Source: Azolla caroliniana (Eukaryota; Plantae; Polypodiophyta). Taken from it: a DNA stretch of 47,490 nt. The stretch lies in assembly GCA_043228905.1 (NCBI GenBank), contig JBHGNT010000232.1, positions 1 to 47,490 on the forward strand, given 5' to 3'. Position numbers and translations under genes: made by a program. This document shows, piece by piece, positions 1-11,410 of the stretch. Each line of letters opens with the position of its first letter. Positions within the stretch are counted from its first letter, which is position 1. Below the pieces are notes generated by a model. The model did no database searches. It was not told the DNA's origin and was given only the letters and a program-made list of their open reading frames with translations.

Positions 1-3000
1 ATCTGACACCTCCTCTTGCAGGTCCTTAAGTAGTCGCTTCAACCATATGGCTTCGCATGTCGCGACAGCCGCTCCTTGGTACTCAGCTTCGGTGCTCGAC
101 AGGGCAACTGTCGGCTGCTTCTTACTGCTCTATGCGATCGTGGCACTCCCGAGAGAGAACGCATATCCAGACGTGGATCGGCGATCAGCGGCGTTGCCAG
201 CCCAATCAGCATCAGTGTAGCCGACTAACTGCGCGGTTGTACCGGTCCGATATAGCAGTCCCCGGTCCTTAGTGCCGTTGACATACCGAAGTATGCGTTG
301 CGCACACTGAAGGTGCTCCTCGGTAGGTCGCACCATGAACTAACTGATCACCCCGACCAGGTAACTGAGGTCGGGTCGGGTGATAGTCAAGTATATGAGG
401 CTTCCGACAATTTGTCGGAACCTCGTCAGGTCGCATACCTTTCCCGTATCGGGACGAAGCTTGATGGTTCTGTCCAGAGGAATCAAGACAGTCTTACAGT
501 CGGCCATCCCGAATTTGAAGAGCATACTCAGCACGTAATGACGTTGGCTGATCAATATGCCTTCGGGGGTACGGATCACTTCGATCCCGAGGAAGTAATG
601 AAGGTCCCCCAGATCCTTCATGTCGAACAATGCCGCAAGTTGGAGCTTCACGTGGTCGATTTCACCTAGGTCGGCGCCGGTGATGACCAAGTCATCAACA
701 TATAGTAAAATACTAACCGGTCTGTGGTGACCTTTCCGAATGAACAAGGAAGAGTCCGATTTTGACGTGACGAAGCCCATCTGACGCAGTTGTTGCATGA
801 TCTTCGCGTTCCAGGCACGCGGGGCTTGCTTCAGTCCGTAAAGGGACTTCTTCAGTCGGCATACTGCCGAGGAGTTCGTTCCGGAGTGAAATCCGGGGGG
901 TTGTACCATGTACACCTGTTCCTCAAGGTCACCTTGCAGGAACGCATTCTTTACATCCATTTGATGTAAGTGCCACCCCTTGGCCGTGGCTACTGCGAGC
1001 AAAACACGGATGATCGTCATTTTTGCGACCGGCGCAAATGTCTCATCGTAGTCGATGCCGTGTTTTTGCGCGTAGCCCTTTGCCACTAGTCGAGCCTTGT
1101 ACCGGTTGACCGAGCCATCAGTGTTGTACTTGACTTTGTACACCCACCTACACTCGATCGGCTTCACACCCTTCGGTGCGTCAACCAGGTCCCAGGTCTC
1201 GTTCTCTACCAATGCGTGCATCTCTTCCTCCATCGCGGCACGCCAATTTGCGTCCTTTGCCGCTTCTGCGTAGCTCTCCGGCTCACGCACTTCCGATACA
1301 CGGGTCATGTACGCATAATGATGCGCCATGTACTCGTTGTATCCGAACCGCACAACTGGGTTCTTTTGGCGAGTAGATCGGCGTAATCTCACATCAGCCG
1401 ATGTTGAGGCCTTCTCGGTCGACGCGGTCTTCATCTTTAAAGACCTGTCACCGGTTCCCTCGGAGTCGGACTCGCGTCGGTCTGACTCGTTCCTTTCTGT
1501 GCCGGAATCCGACACCTTCTTCTTCCCTTTCTCTTTGTGCGTAAGCCGTCTCCTCGGCTTCCTGCGCGGGGAATGCACGGCCGAGTCTCCACTACTCGCC
1601 GGCTCTTCATCGGACTAGTCGTACCGACTCAGTCATCCAATCGGTCCACTTAACCGGAGTGAAATCGGACTCTCTTCGCGGATCTCGATTTCGGGCTCAT
1701 CCGGAGGCATCTCGGCCTCGCTGACCTCATCGTCAGAGATCGGATTGGAGTCGGGGTTCCGAGTCGGGGGCAGGTACCAGGACGTAGACTCGTCAAACAC
1801 AACGTCGCGGCTGACACGCGCTTGTTTGGTGCGAGGGTTATAGCACTTATAACCCTTCTGCTCGTCCAAATAACCGACCAAGATGCATTTCTCGGCCTTT
1901 GCGTCCAGCTTCCTCCTTTTCTCCTTCGGTATATGCACATACGCAATGCTACCGAACACCCTCAAGTGTCGCAAGTTCGGCTTCGTTCCGAAATATAGCT
2001 CGTGCGCCGACACTTTGTCTCTGATCCGGTTTTGGATGTATACCGCGGTCCTTACCGCCTCGGCCCAGTAGAACTTGGGCAAGCTCTTCTCCTCCAGCAT
2101 TGCTCGTGCCGCTTCCACAATCGACCGATTCTTCCTCTCGGCCACGCCGTTCGGCTCTGGCGTGTATCTACAACTGAATTCGCGCCGAATTCCCATTTGT
2201 TGTAGATAACGGTTGAATTGACCGGAAAAGTACTCTTTCCCGCCATCCGACCGCAGGCACTTGATCTTTCGTCCCGTTTCGGCTTCCACGAACCCTTTGA
2301 GGTCCCGGAAACAGTCGAAGACTTCGCTCTTCCTCTCAATGAGGTAGATCCACGTGTGCCGCGTGTGGTCGTCGATGAAGGAGACGAAATATCGGCTCCC
2401 GCCAAGACTAACGTTTTGTGCCGGCCCCCACACATCCGAGTGTATAAGGTCGAGCTTGTTCCGGCTCCGGTTTCGCTCGTTGGGGAAGGGAAGTCGGTGT
2501 TGCTTCCCGAGCTGGCAGGCTTCACAAATTTGTGCCTTTCGGCCACTAAATTTGGGCAATCCGAACACTACCTGTTTCGTTTGCAGATCTTGAAGCCGCT
2601 GGTAGTTGACGTGGCCTATCCGCTTGTGCCACAAGTCGATATCCAACTCGGTCTTTTGTCCCTTCGCGAACATTGTGGTGCCGCCGTCAGTGGAGTCGAG
2701 GATGAACATCCTCCCGTCTCTGCACCCTTGCGCAATCACACGGCCTTCTTCCTCAATGAAGCACCCGAGGTGTGTGAACCAAACCTCCATCCCTTGGTCG
2801 ACGATCTGTCCGACCGAGACCAAGTTTTTTGTGATTGTCGGGACGTGCAACACGTTCATGAGTTTCCCTTTCTACCCGACATGGCTAAGGGGAACTTCTC
2901 CGACATTCGCAATCGGATGCGGAGTGTCGTCTCCTGTTGCGACTACTCCAGGTTGTATCGGTTTTTCAAGGTACGAGAACCACTCCTTATGGCTCGTCAT

Positions 3001-4038
3001 GTGGTTTGACGCGCCGGAGTCTAGGTACCACACCTGGTCCGATCTCGGGGTGGTCTGCTTCATTGAGTTTGCTTCGTGTCTCGTCACGAAGGCAGTCCCT
3101 TCTCCGGCTCTCCCGGAGTCTTCGGCGTAGTGCGATCGCTGCCGATTTCCCTTGTCGATATGTCTGGAGCCGTTTCCGGAACCGGTTCTCTCCAAATCGG
3201 CGCGCTTCTTCCAACACTCGCTTTCCCTGTGGCCTTTCTTGCCACAGTACCAGCACTCCGCGATGGCCTTCCCTTGCCGGTTCTCATCGCTTCGACTCCC
3301 CCTGTTTCCGGAGGGTCCGGAGTTGTTGTCGGCATCACTTCGGTGCCTTCTTCCTTGATCTTGTCGGCCGCTTCCATTGTGTACCGACTCGCCTCGTCCG
3401 CCACGACCACGGGGCCTTTCTCCCTCCGTGTACAACATCTTGCTGTCGGTGTGCGTGCTCGTCGACGCACCCGCGTGGTTCTCCTCTACCAGGAGCATCG
3501 ACTGTAAGTCGAAAAAGGACGGCGTATTCTCCCGGGTACACACAGCCGTTCGGAACGCTCCGAACTTCGACGCCAAACCTCCGAGACAGATCTAGACCAT
3601 CTCGCTCTCCTCGATGTTCACCTCTATGGAGGCGAGGGAGTCGCAGATATCCTTGATCTTCGAGGTATAGTCCGCCACCGACAAGTCGCGTTGTCGTAGG
3701 TTGCTCAACTCCTGTCGGAGCTGAAGCTTCCTGGTTGTGGTGCTTGCGGCGAAAATCTTCTTCAGATTTTCCCACGCACCCTTCGGCGTCTTTGCATCCC
3801 GAACATAGCTCAATAGTTGTTCGCCCACACACGACGCGAAGCAGTACAATACCCTCGCCGATTGCTCCCACGACGGGAAGTCTCTGTGTGTCGATTCGGG
3901 TGCCGCGTCATTAGCTCCTTCGACATAACTCCAGTAGCCATGCCCGAGCAAGTACTGGTGCATCTTGTAGGACCAAGACGCGTAGTTGGTTCTGTCGAGC
4001 TTCTCTGTTGGAAGCGAGCTCGCCATGCCTCTATCCAT
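1..4038 (-). pseudogene. Copia A gag-pol polyprotein, one frame with 6 in-frame stops
   Basis: ORFs 3592-4038, 2872-3576, 1633-2859, 340-1578 and 130-336 share one frame. Motifs: Zn knuckle CWYCGKKGHRESEC, protease YLDSGAS, integrase HKRIGH..CEAC, HSDVWG, SDGGKEY, NGVAERKNR, RT QMDVKNAF and YVDDL, RNaseH YTDADWAG. Confidence 0.95.
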
Positions 4039-4098
4039 CGTTCTTCTTGTTCTTCTTCGTCAAGTTGTGTCGGTTGCAGAGAGGTTCTCAACCCTCGC

Positions 4099-4110
4099 GC
4101 TCTGATACCA
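4099..4110 (-). promoter_or_regulatory. Primer-binding site (tRNA-iMet) of Copia A
   Basis: Minus strand TGGTATCAGAGC immediately after the LTR end (...CTACA). Confidence 0.93.
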
Positions 4111-4500
4111 TGTAGAAAGAAGCGTGCGGAAGCAAGTATGAAGACCGAACAGAAGAGAGGAAACTCAGGTTTAATGGAGAGCTTGAGCTTACACGGTATA
4201 CACGGGAGAGACAGAGAGAGAAACACAAAAAACTATATTCCACAATAATACTCAATCTGTGTGTACATAAGACGTGCTCAGTGAACACTTTTATACAAGC
4301 CCTAGAAGGACTGACCGAAGTACTGACAGTATTTCAATGCTCATCAAGAGCCCCTACACTAACTCCCAAATATATTCCTCACGGAATATCTTTCCTAACG
4401 ATATCCCGGTTTACGCACTCAGCCTAACCGATCGGTCCCAACCGATCCGGTCCTCGGCTTCTTCAGCTGATCCGGCCGATGTTGAGCTTGTCTCTCAACA
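4111..4500 (-). repeat. 5' LTR of Copia A (390 bp)
   Basis: Minus strand TGTTG...CTACA termini, TATAAAA near 4290, adjacent PBS. Partner LTR is outside the window. Confidence 0.8.
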
Positions 4501-4653
4501 GCGACCATCCGGCCCTCACCAGGAACTGGAACACAAACGGGCGAAGGAGTGCAAGTGAAGCAGTCGACTCGACTTCTTCTATTATAAGAGGGTAAATAGT
4601 CGAGGTTGACCCAAAACATGGCACAAACGATAGCGCTAGTGAGAAACAGACGT

Positions 4654-4860
4654 GATCCCCACCAGGAAAGTGAGTGGTTGTGACCCCCACCAGAACTAGA
4701 TGATGAGCGATCAAAATCGATCCTCGCCAAAGGAATGTGGCACAAGACTTGAACTAAAATGAAATTGGATTGCAAACGTGCAATGATTCAAACCCCACCA
4801 TGAAAGTGAGTGGTTGTAACCCCCACCGGAACTATGAAGGTGAGTGATCGAAATCAATCC
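4654..4860. repeat. ~137-bp tandem repeat (1.5-2 units) in family C leader
   Basis: Core CCCCACCA.GAAAGTGAG.GGTTGT.ACCCCCACC.GAACT at ~4654 and ~4790; same unit as 15093-15580. Confidence 0.8.
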
Positions 4861-5087
4861 ATTTGATGAAGACAACAAGAAGTGTTGAAAAATGATAATG
4901 TCGAAGATGAGGCAGTGAAGACAATGATGATGAGGAAGCTTCTCTACAAGGAATGATTCTGACTATGGTGACGATGGCGACTCTAAAACCAAGGATGTTA
5001 ATGATGGTAACTCTTGAAGCAAGGACCATGACAATGGTAACTCTAGAAGCAAGGGCAATAACGAAGATGGGTGATGCTTCCAATTGG

Positions 5088-5098
5088 AAGGGATTCAA
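5088..5098 (-). promoter_or_regulatory. Putative self-priming PBS of family C copy 1
   Basis: Minus strand TTGAATCCCTT, 2 nt after the LTR end; complementary at 10/11 positions to AAGAGATTCAA (5313-5303), which starts 32 nt after the first T of the TATA box. Confidence 0.7.
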
Positions 5099-5517
5099 AC
5101 TAGCAAGGACACATGAACTGCAGACTATGACAGAGCATGGATGACAAACATGGAACTAGAAATGATGAGGCTAAGAACTCTAGAAGTTGTGAGTGATGAG
5201 GCTATGAACTTAGGAAGCTATGGAGAGCATGAAGACAGAGATGAAGAAAGAGACAAGATGGAATGAAACGAGAATAGTAGATTGATGTGTCAATGACTAG
5301 TGTTGAATCTCTTGAAAGGGACCAAGGAGGTTACAAGTATTTATACAAATTTTGAGATTAAATATCTCTGGAATATACCTGAGAAATATCTGTGGAATAT
5401 ACCCATCTAGAATACACCACAGAATATTTCTAGAATATATTAAAGACTAAAATATTCTGAAAATTATATACTATATGCTAGAATAACAATAAACTATTAT
5501 ACATAAATACATGCTCA

Positions 5518-5573
5518 TATTGAAATGGTTAGGCATGATGTCTTGTAGATGTGAGGATGTAGGTTCAATCCCC
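5518..5573 (+). other. tRNA-derived A-box/B-box cassette in family C LTR (antisense to the element)
   Basis: Degenerate A-box TATTGAAATGG(TTAGGC) at 5518 and B-box GGTTCAATCCC at 5562; 45-nt T8-to-G53 spacing. No complete cloverleaf. Confidence 0.55.
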
Positions 5574-6223
5574 AACTAACTACGTATTTGATGTCACTCT
5601 GTCATGACAACTTTCCACAATAAAAACATGTCAGTTTCCTTCTTGACTTTGACCTACCTTAGGACTTGTCCCTTCTCGGTAGACTTATTTGCCGATTCCT
5701 TCCTTTGTCGGTATGTTGAGTCAGGTTTGACTCTGACTAGCATAGGACACCCTTGTCCTTCCTTCTAGTCTCCTCGTTTAAGTTGCTTGTCTTTACCACT
5801 TGTGGTGACAAGTTCTCTTCTTGACACGAGGTGTTGAGAGTCACCACCAGATTCTCCCAGTTGTCTGGCAGGGTACACAGTAGTAGGATGGCCTGCATTG
5901 CGTCCTCAAGGGGAAACTTGGTTGTTGCCAGTTGGTTCACATACCCCATGAATGTACTTACATGCTCCACTATGCTTTCTCCATCCCTGTATTTCAGCCT
6001 CACAATCTTTCTCATCAAAGATGATTTGTTGAGGACGTTATTCATCTCATATAGACATCACAGCTTCTACCACATCTCATAAGCATTTGTGTCGTTTGCC
6101 ACATGTTGAAGGACACTCACATCAACATATTGTCTGATGGTGGCCACTGTCTTTCTATTCAGAAGTTTCCATTCAGACTCTAACACCCCCGTGGGTATTT
6201 TTGCTCTGTTCATGGGCTTATAC

Positions 6224-6649
6224 TATTAGGAATAGTACTAAAAATAGAGAGAGAATTAGTACTAGAGAAGGAAAGTACTATGAGGATTAGTACTAAGAGG
6301 GAGGGAGTGTGTAAGACTGACGAGAGAGAGAGAGAATGATGATAACAGGTGATATATTATATGAATAGTAAGTACAAGAATAGCTAGGAGGCTTAAGACT
6401 GGCGTTGAACTGAATTGGTTCGAAATAATGCCTTGTGCCTCTTTTTATAGTGTTGTCAGGAGTACTCCTAAAGTTTCTAGAATGTTCCAGAGAAAACTGG
6501 AATATACATCAATTTTCTATAGTGAAATAATAAATGAAAACAATATTTTTTGTATTACAATATATAGCTTAATGGTAGGGCTTCAACCCATGTTATATAA
6601 GGTCATGGGTTCAAATCCTTTTAAAGCCATACCATGCTATATCATGACA
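6224..6649 (-). repeat. 3' LTR of Gypsy D (426 bp)
   Basis: Starts TGTCATGATATAGC right after the PPT; homologous to 11411-12225 and 12654-13119. Confidence 0.92.
6565..6622 (+). other. tRNA-derived Pol III-type cassette (A-box, B-box, T4) in Gypsy D 3' LTR
   Basis: TAGCTTAATGG 6565-6575, GGTTCAAATCC 6608-6618, TTTT 6619-6622. Confidence 0.7.
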
Positions 6650-6675
6650 TTATCCCCCCCTTTAAATGACGAGTG

Positions 6676-9600
6676 TTACAAGTCATCTTTGATTGAGGAC
6701 CTGGTTTGTTCGGATATTGACGATGGAAGTCTTCAAGAAGAGCTCAAGCATTCGCCAAATTCGTCACTAGTTCCCAAGTATGCTTGCTTGGACTATATCT
6801 GAACCAATCGACCAAATAATAGAGCTTGTTGCAAACAATCTTGGAGTCGAGGATGGCAGCAACCTCGAAGTCATGTCCATCTTCAAGCTCGATGGGGAGT
6901 GGAGGTGGTATAATAGGATCTTGGGATAGTGTTGTCCTAATAGGGTTCTAGGAAAGAACTATGAAATATTGGATGTATACGTAATTGCGGAGGAAGATCA
7001 AGGCAAAAAGTAACATCATTAATTTTTCCATTAATATGGAAAGGGCCTAGCCGTTGATAATCTAGTTTTTCACACGGTTGAGTAGTCTTGATGTGCCGTC
7101 GTAATAGCCATACTCAATCTCCAATATTAAAAGGGGATGGAAGTCGATGACGATCTGCATAATCCTTCATGTTTGTTGGGCGTCATGTAGGTGGGTAGAT
7201 AGTTCTACCTGAATTCGTCGTAACCGCTCCAAATGATCCTCTGCGCTAGGATTTGTGGGTAACTCAAGAGTTTCTAACATACACCAGCGAGGATGATAGC
7301 CTATATAAGCGTAGAATGGTGAAACCCTAGTAGAGGAGTGCATAGAATTATTATAATCAAATTGAGCAAAATGTAGAATATCCGCCCAATCACCCTGTTG
7401 ATAGCTTAGGAAACACTGAAGATATTGTTCCAATGTTTGATTGGTACATTCAGTTTGTCCATCTGTTTGGGGATGATAGCTAGAGGAGAGGTTGCAAGTG
7501 ACCTTGAGCATTTTAAAGAGATGCTTCCAAAATTTGGAGACGAATTGCAGTCCACGATCACTGATGATACTCTCTGAAAGACCATGATGCCGAAATACTT
7601 CACACATAACAATTCCAGCGGTTTCTTCACTAGTGATTTCTTTAGTACAGGGAACGAAATGTGCCATCTTAGTAAATCGATCTACCATTGTTAGGATTGC
7701 ATTGAAATCCCTCGAATCCGTAAGATCTGTGATAAAATAAAGAGAAATAGATTGCCATGGTTTGCTTGGGATCGGTAATGGCTCCAAAAAACCATATGAA
7801 TGATGTCTCGGCATCTTCGCTCTACAACATGTATCACATGTCCAAACGTAGTTTTCGACAAATCTTCACATATGGGGCCACCAAAATGTGTGGTGTACTA
7901 ATCCAATGTTTTAGTACTACCAAAATTTCTGGTTGTATATGTGTCATGACAATTTTGTACTATTCGAAGGCGGCACGAACCATTGGGAACATACAAAAGT
8001 TTCTTAAAGAAGAGTAATCCATTATGACATTTGAATTGCCGATAATCTATACCAGGTTATTGTGATCGAGAACAAGATGCCTGAGAAGAATCGATTTGAT
8101 CTAGAATAGCTTGAGCGAAAATATCCGTCTTCAAATCTTCACGAATGGTGTCAATAATGCAGGAATCCAATGGAGTGTCAAAGACCCACATTGTTTGAAG
8201 TTGTGTCGGTCCCAGGATTACTTGCTTTTGATTGTCGAAGACCAGATTACCCGGACGAGGAGCTAGATACGATGCATCCGCCTTCCCTTGTTGCTTTCCC
8301 GGACGATATGTAATCTTAAAATCAAAATGAGTGAGAAACGGGGCCCACTGAGCTTGTTGTCTATTTAACACGCGAACATTCTGAAAGTAGGCAAGATTCT
8401 TGTGATCACTGAATACAATGACTTGATGAGGAGATCCTTCTAAAAAATGCCTCCATTGTGCAAAAGAGTCCATGATTGCTAATAGCTCCTTGTCATGTAT
8501 CTCGTAGTTGATTTCGGCGGCATCAAATTTGCGTGAGTGAAACACCAAGGGATGTAGCTTCTCATCGTCACCTTGTTGTGTGATAAAATACTACCTAGGG
8601 CGAAATCTGACGTGTCTGCCTCCATGATAAATGGTTTTTGCGGATCAACATGAGTTAAAACATGAGCCAATGTAAATGCTTTCTTGAGACCCTCAAAAGC
8701 CATGTCCACTTCCTTAGACCAAATAAACGATTGACCCTTCTTTGTAAGTTGTGTAAGCGGCAAAATAAGCTTTGAGTAGTCTTGTATAAACTTGCAATAG
8801 AAGTTTGCGAATCCTAGGAAGCATTGCACATCTCGCAACAAACGTGGAGTCTGCCACTCTAGCACAATTTGGACTTTAGCCGGATCCATAGAGATGCCTT
8901 CTGAGGAAATGACATAGACGAGAAATTCCACCTAGCTACAGTCAAAACTACACTTCTCCAACTTTGCATAAAGACCATGTTCTTGTAGTCGTTTTAGTAC
9001 TAATAGTACATGAGAATCATGCTCCTCATGTGTCTTTGAATAAACTAGCAGATCATCCAAGTAGATATGATTAAACAGATGTCCAAAAGATCTAGGAATA
9101 TATCATTTGCCATGTGCTGGAAGACTGTTGGCGCATTTGTGAGGCCGAATGGCATAACCGTATACTCGAAGTGCCCATATTAGGTGCGGAAAGTTGTCTT
9201 CGATTCGTCTCCTAGTCGAATCCGTACGAGGTTATATGCTCCTCGTAAGTTGATTTTTTGTGAAAAACTTGGCACCATTAATCCTCTCTAAAAGACTCGA
9301 GACCAAGGGAAGTGCATACCTATTCCTAATGGTGACCTTATTCAAGGCACAGTAATCCACGACTAGATGAAGTGAGCCATCTTTTTTCTTGACGAAGAAA
9401 ATGGGTGCACCGGTAGGAGATTTTGAATGTCGAATGAACCCGTTTGCCAAATTTTCCTCTATGTAAGCTTGAAGAACTTCAAGCTCTGTTGGTGACAAGT
9501 TGTAGATTGGTCCCCTCGGTGGCTCTTTTCCTGGTTGTAAATCAATGGGATAATCATACGATCGATGATGAGGAAGAGTACTAGCTTTTACCTTATCAAA

Positions 9601-10125
9601 AACATCGGTGTAATGATGATACTTTTTTGGAAGTTGAATTGTTGACTCCTCAGCAGTGTTGGAAGGTTTCACTGATACTGCGAATACAAACATTGATTCC
9701 GTGCGTCCTTCCTCGCGCAGTTGATTTAGCAAAATGGTTGAAACCTTATGAGTAGGTTCTTGGGGTTGTCGATACCTAATTTCTCTTGTTCTCCAATCTA
9801 TGTCCAGATTGTGTAATTCGAACCATGGTAACCCTAAAACAATGGGATGTTTTGGACTACTAATTATATTAAACGATACTACACATGGCAAATTATCTAG
9901 GACAATACTAATTGGCTTTGACTCTTCTATGCTATTTCCAGAAGCAATGGGACGACCATCAATGACTACTACAGATGCTGGGCAGGGAAGTTTTCTTAGG
10001 GATATCTGATGAGCTTGCGCAAAATTCCTATCCATGAAACAAGAATTAGTTCTGGAATCTAAGAGTGCTAAGATATGTATTGGAGGGGTACTTTTAGTAC
10101 TAATTGTTTCTTGAGCTAAGAACAC
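6676..10125 (-). pseudogene. Gypsy D pol (protease, RT, RNase H, integrase, chromodomain) with frameshifts and stops
   Basis: ALLDSRTNSCFMD protease; SKSPTGAPIFFVKKKDGS RT; EADTSDFALG and NYEIHDKELLAI RNase H; YHPQTDGQTE integrase; chromodomain FEVAAILDSKIVCNKLYYLVDWFRYSPSKHTWE read from ~6870 towards 6770. Confidence 0.92.
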
Positions 10126-10349
10126 ATTGCTAACTTGCTTAGAGAGAATGGAACCACTAATGGGCTACACCAATCTAGGGTTGTCCAACCAAACAGCTCC
10201 TATTTTGGCTAGACTTAGTCGTTTAACTCTTCTTCTCACTGACTAAGGACATCAAATTTGTTCGATGGACTTGGGCTATTAGTACTATTAGGACTATCAG
10301 ATATTCCTACTGAAATAGACTCGGGTTTAGTACAATTAGTACTAGCGAC

Positions 10350-11357
10350 TATTTGGTTTACCTGTCTTCTTGGTCTATGGCGACAGTTCACTGCAATATG
10401 CCCCGGTCCACCACAATAAAGACAGTCGATTTGCTCGGCGTCGCTGCTTTTCCTCTTCCGATAATGGTCTGCAACAACGTGTGGTGTCGATTTCCATCGG
10501 AGTTGGAGTATTTGCTAGAGACACATTATATGACTCCCTTGGAAAAGGTTTTGCTACAACTAAGGCATTGGTGGGCTCCGATCTTGTCCTTGGCATCTGG
10601 AACTGACGTTTTGAACGTCGTTCGAAAAGGCGGTTATTGCATCATACCGCGCGACAGATTACTTCTGTCAATGACTTTGGCTCTTTGGGGAAAGTCAAGA
10701 GTAAATCCTTAACATCATAACGTAGGCCATAACAAAATTTCTCCTTTAATGTGTGGTCATCCCAAGGACTATCGGTGGCGAGAAGACGGAAATCCACAGC
10801 ATAAGCTGAGGCCGACCGATCACCTTGGCGCAATCTTCGGATTTTGTTGATTGTCGTCCTAACGTTGTTGGTATCTCCTAAACAAGCTTTAAACTCGCTA
10901 ATAAACTCTTCAAAATTATTTAACAAGGGAGAGCTTTTTTTCTAACAGGGGGGCGAACCATGCCAAAGCCGTGCCACTAAGTAACGTGCCTACTACTCCC
11001 ACTCGTGATGCATCGGTGGGATATCGAGAAGGATGCATTTGAATCACTAAACGTACCTGATTAAGAAAGCCTCTAAACTATGATCAGGTCCCATCAAATT
11101 TCATAGAAAGACCGATCTTGGGTTCTTTGTGAGTCCCTTGAGCATTTGATCCTTGTTGTTGTAATGATACTGTCAATAGTCGCTTCAAGTTGTTTCACAC
11201 GTAATGTCAGCTCCCCGTGTTGTTGTTTTTGTAGAACTATTTGTTGAAGATCCCCCAACCGACGGTGATTTTCTTGATCTAGTGCTACAAACTTCTCTGT
11301 TAAGCACTAGAGCTCTAAGAAAAAAGATTGGTATTCTTGAGCGCTAACAGATTCCAT
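10350..11357 (-). pseudogene. Gypsy D gag
   Basis: ATG at 11357; KEPKIG..KFDGT..FRGFLNQVRLVIQMHPSRYPTD..LLSGTALAWF, LRQGDRSASAYAVDFR, PTPMEID, broken CCHC knuckle (YCGGPGHIAVNC). 3' end approximate. Confidence 0.88.
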
Positions 11358-11410
11358 TTACTAGGGAGGATAAGAAGATTAGTATGAAGGGAAGGAGGGA
11401 TAAGAGGATA

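Larger units (their letters stand above)
1..4500 (-). mobile_element. Ty1/Copia LTR retrotransposon A (5' LTR, PBS, gag-pol; 3' part runs off the window start)
   Basis: LTR 4111-4500, PBS 4099-4110, then gag-PR-INT-RT-RNaseH in Copia order on the minus strand. Abuts family C sequence at 4501. Confidence 0.95.
4501..5609 (-). mobile_element. Family C LTR element, partial (5' LTR 5101-5609 plus non-coding leader), interrupted by Copia A
   Basis: Colinear with ~14980-16400. LTR starts TGTCATGAC on the minus strand at 5609 and cuts the Copia B zinc knuckle (TCFYCGK|). TATAAATA at 5338-5345 (minus). Confidence 0.8.

Noticed and set aside
130-3594. Programmed stop readthrough or U-to-C editing restoring Copia A
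   Set aside because: Stops are scattered, one is TGG to TAG (not repairable by U-to-C), and methyl-cytosine decay explains them more simply.
2218-3656. Long plus-strand ORFs (263, 239 and 174 aa) overlapping Copia A
   Set aside because: Antisense shadows of GC-rich gag-pol with no recognisable motifs.
6555-6635. Functional tRNA gene
   Set aside because: No acceptor stem or anticodon arm; only promoter boxes and a D-arm-like segment remain.
6428-6802. ORF MPCASFYSVVRSTP.. recurring at 12708-12968
   Set aside because: Chance antisense frame inside repeated LTR sequence.
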